From an uncultured delta proteobacterium (GTDB taxonomy: Bacteria > Myxococcota_A > UBA9160 > SMWR01): a stretch of 64,000 bases of DNA. This document shows, in pieces, positions 60,227-64,000 of this stretch (positions are counted from its first letter, which is position 1; each line of letters opens with the position of its first letter). Both the position numbers and the translations under genes were made by a program. The notes beneath the pieces are model-generated. The model saw only the letters and a list, made by a program, of their open reading frames with translations. It had not been told where the DNA came from and did not search any database. The DNA is taken from positions 352,001 to 416,000 of the forward strand of contig CAWHTE010000011.1 in the NCBI GenBank assembly GCA_963832165.1, given 5' to 3'.

Positions 60227-61839
60227 TCCGCGAGCAGCGCAGAGGGCTCGACCGGAGACAGCGACGTCGCGACCTCGGGCGAGATCGCGAACAGCGCATA
60301 GTCGTCGTCGGCTGCGTGCCACGTCTCCTGGAGGACCGCGCTGCTGCCGAGCTCGGCGGTGATGCGTTCACGCAGGGGCAACGGCGCCAGCAGGAAGCGG
60401 GCCCGGCTCTGTGCGACTTGCAGCGCCAGTTGGTCGGGATCATAGGAATAGGCCGGGATCCGGCCGGTGTAGAACGGCAGCGCTCCGAGCACGGATTCCT
60501 CGGGCAGCAGCACCACCAGGGTCTCGGCGCCGGTTCGTTGGCCTACCGCGCGGGCCATCGGCCCGAGATCGCGGTCGCGGCCCACGAAACGGAGCCCGAT
60601 CGCGTTCCACGCGATCACGACCGCGAATGCGATCGCGGCCACGCGATACGGCGCGCCGCATGCGCTCGCGACGGCATCCGCGCTGTCGACCCGAACGATC
60701 CGCGCGCATAGCGCGATCACCGCGGCCTCGACGCGCGTGCGATGCGCGTCGGGGCGCGCGACGGCCGCGATCCACGCGCCGATCGCCACCGCGAGCGGCG
60801 CCTCGAACGGCAGCAGGTAGAGCCCGCGCTTGGTGCCCGGGATCGACAGCAGAAGCACCCCGATCGGGAACACCCAGGCGAGGAAGTACAGCGCAGGCAT
60901 GCGCCATCGGGACGGCCCTTGGCCGCGCCAGAGCCACGCCGCTGTCGCCGGCACGAACAACGCGATCCAGCCGAGTTGGCCGGGCACTTTCGGGAGGTAA
61001 TACCAGAACGGATTCTCGTGTCCGCCGATGTATCGGTCGACACCGGCACCGGGTGCGATCCGGTACCAGCCGTTGTTCACGAGAAACGTGCGAGCGGCGT
61101 CTTCGCCGCCCTGGTGATGGAGCAGGAGCGGCCACGCTGCGCACGCGGCGGCGAGCAGCGGAAGCCCCGCGAGATGCACCGGCGACAAGACGACGTGCCA
61201 GCGCCGAGCGCACAGCGCGTCGAGTGCGAGCGGCCCTCCGATCGCGATGACGCCGATCGGGCCCTTCACCCAGAACGCGAGCGCAGCCGCGAGGTACACC
61301 GCCAGGAGCCAGCCCGGTTGGGGTCGGAGGGTCCGGCTCTCCGCGACGCCGCGCGATGCCCCCCAGACCGCTTGCACGTAGGCGTAGTACCCGCCCATCA
61401 CGAATAGCGCGAGCGACGGATCGACCACCGCGCGGTGGGTGTAGCGCGCGAAGCCCGCAATCCCGATCAGCGCGAACAGCGCCGGGATCCCCGCGCTGCG
61501 GTCGGCCACGCGGCGCGCGAGCGAGAACACGAGCAGCGCCGTGAGCAGCCCGGCGATCGCGCCGGGCAGCCGTGCGACGCCTGCCGAGGCGCCGAGATGT
61601 CGAATGAACGCACCGCTCAGCGCATAATGAAGCGGCGGATGCTCGAGGAACGGCACGCCGGCCAGATGCGGAACCCACCACTGCCCGGTGTGCTGCATCT
61701 CCCAGGCGATTCCCGCGACGCGCGGCTCGTCGGTGGCCTGGAGCGGGCGGCTCGTGAGCCCCGTGAACGCGAACAGCGCCGCGAGCGCAATCGCGATGCA
61801 CCAATCCTGCGCACGCGTGGTGTTCGTCGTGTCCGACAT
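60223..61839 (-). CDS. arnT: ArnT-like GT-C glycosyltransferase
   Basis: DEPRVA.IAWEM, FLEHPPL, ARLP, VKGPIG, FWYYL, KRGLYLLP; arn context. Confidence 0.8.
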   Translation of the reverse strand: MSDTTNTTRAQDWCIAIALAALFAFTGLTSRPLQATDEPRVAGIAWEMQHTGQWWVPHLAGVPFLEHPPLHYALSGAFIRHLGASAGVARLPGAIAGLLTALLVFSLARRVADRSAGIPALFALIGIAGFARYTHRAVVDPSLALFVMGGYYAYVQAVWGASRGVAESRTLRPQPGWLLAVYLAAALAFWVKGPIGVIAIGGPLALDALCARRWHVVLSPVHLAGLPLLAAACAAWPLLLHHQGGEDAARTFLVNNGWYRIAPGAGVDRYIGGHENPFWYYLPKVPGQLGWIALFVPATAAWLWRGQGPSRWRMPALYFLAWVFPIGVLLLSIPGTKRGLYLLPFEAPLAVAIGAWIAAVARPDAHRTRVEAAVIALCARIVRVDSADAVASACGAPYRVAAIAFAVVIAWNAIGLRFVGRDRDLGPMARAVGQRTGAETLVVLLPEESVLGALPFYTGRIPAYSYDPDQLALQVAQSRARFLLAPLPLRERITAELGSSAVLQETWHAADDDYALFAISPEVATSLSPVEPSALLAD

Positions 61840-61847
61840 GTCGTTGG

Positions 61848-62870
61848 CTACGGCGAAGCGGCGCTGACGTAGTGCCGCACCGTGTGCGTCAGCGCATCAC
61901 GAAGCGAATAGCGCGGCTCCCAGCCCAGGTGCTCGCGCGCGTTGGTGATGTCAGGAACGCGCGTGTAGATGTCCTGATAGCCCTCGCCGTAGTAGTCCTC
62001 GGACGCCACCTTCTCGATCACGGCGGTCTGCCGGATCGTCTTCCAGCGATCGAAGCCGGACAGAATGTCGATCAGGAGATTCGCGAGCTCGGCGATCGAG
62101 CAGTCGTTGCGCGGATTGCCGATGTTCAAGATCCGACCGTCGGCGCGACCGCCGTCGTTGCGCAGGATCCTCATCAGCGCGTCGACGCCGTCGCGGATGT
62201 CGGTGATGCAGCGCCGCTGCGAGCCTCCGTCCACGAGGCGCACGGGCTCGCCGCGCATCAGGTGGCCGAGGAACTGCGTCACCACGCGGCTGCTGCCCTC
62301 CTTCGCGGTCTCGATGTGGTCGAGATTCGGGCCCACCCAGTTGAACGGGCGGAACAACGTGAAGCGCAGCCCCTCCTGCTTGCCGTACGCCCAGATCACC
62401 CGATCGAGCAGCTGCTTCGAGCAGGAGTAGATCCAGCGGTGCTTCGAGATCGGCCCCAGCACGAGGTTCGAGGTCTCCTCGTTGAAGGCATCGTCTTCGC
62501 ACATCCCGTAGATCTCCGAGGTCGACGGGAACACCACGCGCGTGCCGTACTTGAGCGCATAGCGCACGACGCGCAGGTTCTCCTCGAAGTCGAGCTCGAA
62601 GACGCGCAGCGGGTTCTGGACGTAGTCGCGCGGCGTCGCGATCGCGACGAGCGGCAGCACGACGGCGCATTTCTTGACGTGGTACTCGATCCACTCGCGA
62701 TTGATCCCGATGTCGCCCTCGATGAAATGGAAGCGCGGATGTCCGAGCTGCTCGGCGATCCGATCGTCGCCGATGTCCAGGCCGTAGACCTGCCAGCTCG
62801 TGTCGGCGAGGATCCGGCGCGTGAGCGAGTGGCCGATGAAGCCGTTCACGCCGAGGATGAGGATTTTCAC
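61848..62870 (-). CDS. arnA: UDP-glucuronate dehydrogenase/decarboxylase (stand-alone ArnA C-terminal domain)
   Basis: ILGVNGFIG, LPLVAIATP, FELDFEENL, RWIYSCSKQLLDRVIWAYG, FRPFNW. Confidence 0.92.
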   Translation of the reverse strand: MKILILGVNGFIGHSLTRRILADTSWQVYGLDIGDDRIAEQLGHPRFHFIEGDIGINREWIEYHVKKCAVVLPLVAIATPRDYVQNPLRVFELDFEENLRVVRYALKYGTRVVFPSTSEIYGMCEDDAFNEETSNLVLGPISKHRWIYSCSKQLLDRVIWAYGKQEGLRFTLFRPFNWVGPNLDHIETAKEGSSRVVTQFLGHLMRGEPVRLVDGGSQRRCITDIRDGVDALMRILRNDGGRADGRILNIGNPRNDCSIAELANLLIDILSGFDRWKTIRQTAVIEKVASEDYYGEGYQDIYTRVPDITNAREHLGWEPRYSLRDALTHTVRHYVSAASP

Positions 62871-62934
62871 GGGCGCTCCGTTTCGCCATGGAGATTCCCT
62901 AGCGCGCCGCGCCCCGTCGAGTACTTGTGCGCGT

Positions 62935-63900
62935 TCATGACGGCAACTTCATCGCGCGCGCCTCTCCACAGCGTTCGCCCGCGCGAATCTGCTCGCGGAG
63001 CGCCCAGGTCCGGGCGTTCTGCGCAGGCTCACCGGCCCATCCGACGCGCGCGAGCGCGAGCGCACCGTCGCCGGCCGCGATGCACACCGCGCCCGATGGC
63101 GCGAAGAACAGCTCGCCGGGCGGCCGAGCCACGTCGAGCGGCGTCGTCTCGGCCCACCAGATCGAGAACGCGCGCGAACGCACTGCCGTGAACGCACCCG
63201 GCCACGGATCGGTCAAGGCGCGGATCAGATTGCGCACGCGCTCGGCAGGTGCATGCCAGTCGATCGCGCCGTCCTCGGGCCGGCGCCCGCCGTAGTAGGT
63301 CGAGCGCTCGTGTTCCTGCGCGATGCGCGGGGCCGTGCCCGCGGCGAGCTTCGGGATCGCGTCGCGGAGCAGCTCGCGCGCGACACCGGCGAGCTTGCGG
63401 GTGAGACTCAACGCGCTGTCGTCGCGTCCGATCGCGATGGCGCGCTGCGCCACCACGTCGCCGTGGTCGGGCTTCTTGTCCATGTAGTGCAGCGTGAGGC
63501 CGGTCTCGCTCTCCCCCTCGATCAGCACCCAGTTCACCGGGGCGCGGCCGCGGAAGCGCGGCAAGAGCGAGCCGTGCAGGTTGAGCGCGCCGCGCTTCGC
63601 GAGCGCGAGCACGGGCCGCGTGAGCATGTGTCGGAAGTAGAATGAGAACAGGAAATCGGGCGCCGCGCTAGCGACGATCGCGAGCGGCTCGGGCTCGTTC
63701 ACGTTCGCCGGAGCGATCGCGCGCACCCCCGCGCTCCGCGCGAGATCCCGCACCGATCGGAACCAGATCTGCTCGCCGGGCGCATCCTCGTGCGTGACCA
63801 CGAGCGCCACGTCGACGCCGAGCTCGAGCAGCGTCTCGAGACTCGCGGCGCCGATCTCGCCATACGCGCACACGACCGCGCGTATGTCCGCTGCACTCAT
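62935..63900 (-). CDS. UDP-L-Ara4N formyltransferase (stand-alone ArnA N-terminal domain)
   Basis: FSFYFR, NLHGSLLPRFRGRAPVNW, GGRRPEDG.IDW, RALTDPWPGAF. Confidence 0.9.
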   Translation of the reverse strand: MSAADIRAVVCAYGEIGAASLETLLELGVDVALVVTHEDAPGEQIWFRSVRDLARSAGVRAIAPANVNEPEPLAIVASAAPDFLFSFYFRHMLTRPVLALAKRGALNLHGSLLPRFRGRAPVNWVLIEGESETGLTLHYMDKKPDHGDVVAQRAIAIGRDDSALSLTRKLAGVARELLRDAIPKLAAGTAPRIAQEHERSTYYGGRRPEDGAIDWHAPAERVRNLIRALTDPWPGAFTAVRSRAFSIWWAETTPLDVARPPGELFFAPSGAVCIAAGDGALALARVGWAGEPAQNARTWALREQIRAGERCGEARAMKLPS

Positions 63901-64000
63901 ACCACCTCCTCGGGGCATGCGACCGGGCCGACCCGACCTGGCAGCTCGCGCGCGACGACGCGGCGCGTGGCGGCGCGCCCGCGCTCGCGCTCCGCGAGGT

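Noticed and set aside
61848..63900. Split arnA as a novelty or a frameshift
   Set aside because: Separate formyltransferase and decarboxylase genes are a known arrangement, and each half looks complete.
63897..64000. 3' end of an upstream minus-strand gene (expected arnC-like)
   Set aside because: Too short and without motifs to assign from the sequence.

Overview
High-GC bacterial chromosomal DNA. A Myxococcota-like origin is inferred from PEP-CTERM genes and gene content and is not proven. No rRNA, tRNA or CRISPR array was seen. Many conserved genes carry 1-nt frameshifts, most simply explained as long-read assembly errors. Positions 1-23.5 kb form a mosaic general-stress island: the 3' end of a Family 1 encapsulin, an Fe/Mn-SOD with an unusual C-terminal tail, BON/OsmY, CsbD, DUF883/YtxH-like, AI-2E, cardiolipin synthase, collagen-OmpA, an ECF sigma factor and a CheB-CheR-PAS / PAS-HisKA_3 / NarL module. 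Ten intergenic copies of a 20-bp palindrome (TATCCnnGGATCCnnGGRTA) occur across this island, each 21-22 bp upstream of a -10-like hexamer, which suggests a self-contained regulon. The rest of the window holds two divergent CP-ATP-grasp/alpha-E/transglutaminase operons, an SDR-TetR-sulfotransferase cluster, a large PEP-CTERM metalloprotease-like gene, and an HNH gene bracketed by a 20-22-bp palindrome that overlaps its own -35 and recurs alone elsewhere. It also holds GTAG-type REPs, housekeeping genes (tkt, DAHP synthase), a COG0523 GTPase with an extra C-terminal domain, and an arn (L-Ara4N) cluster.
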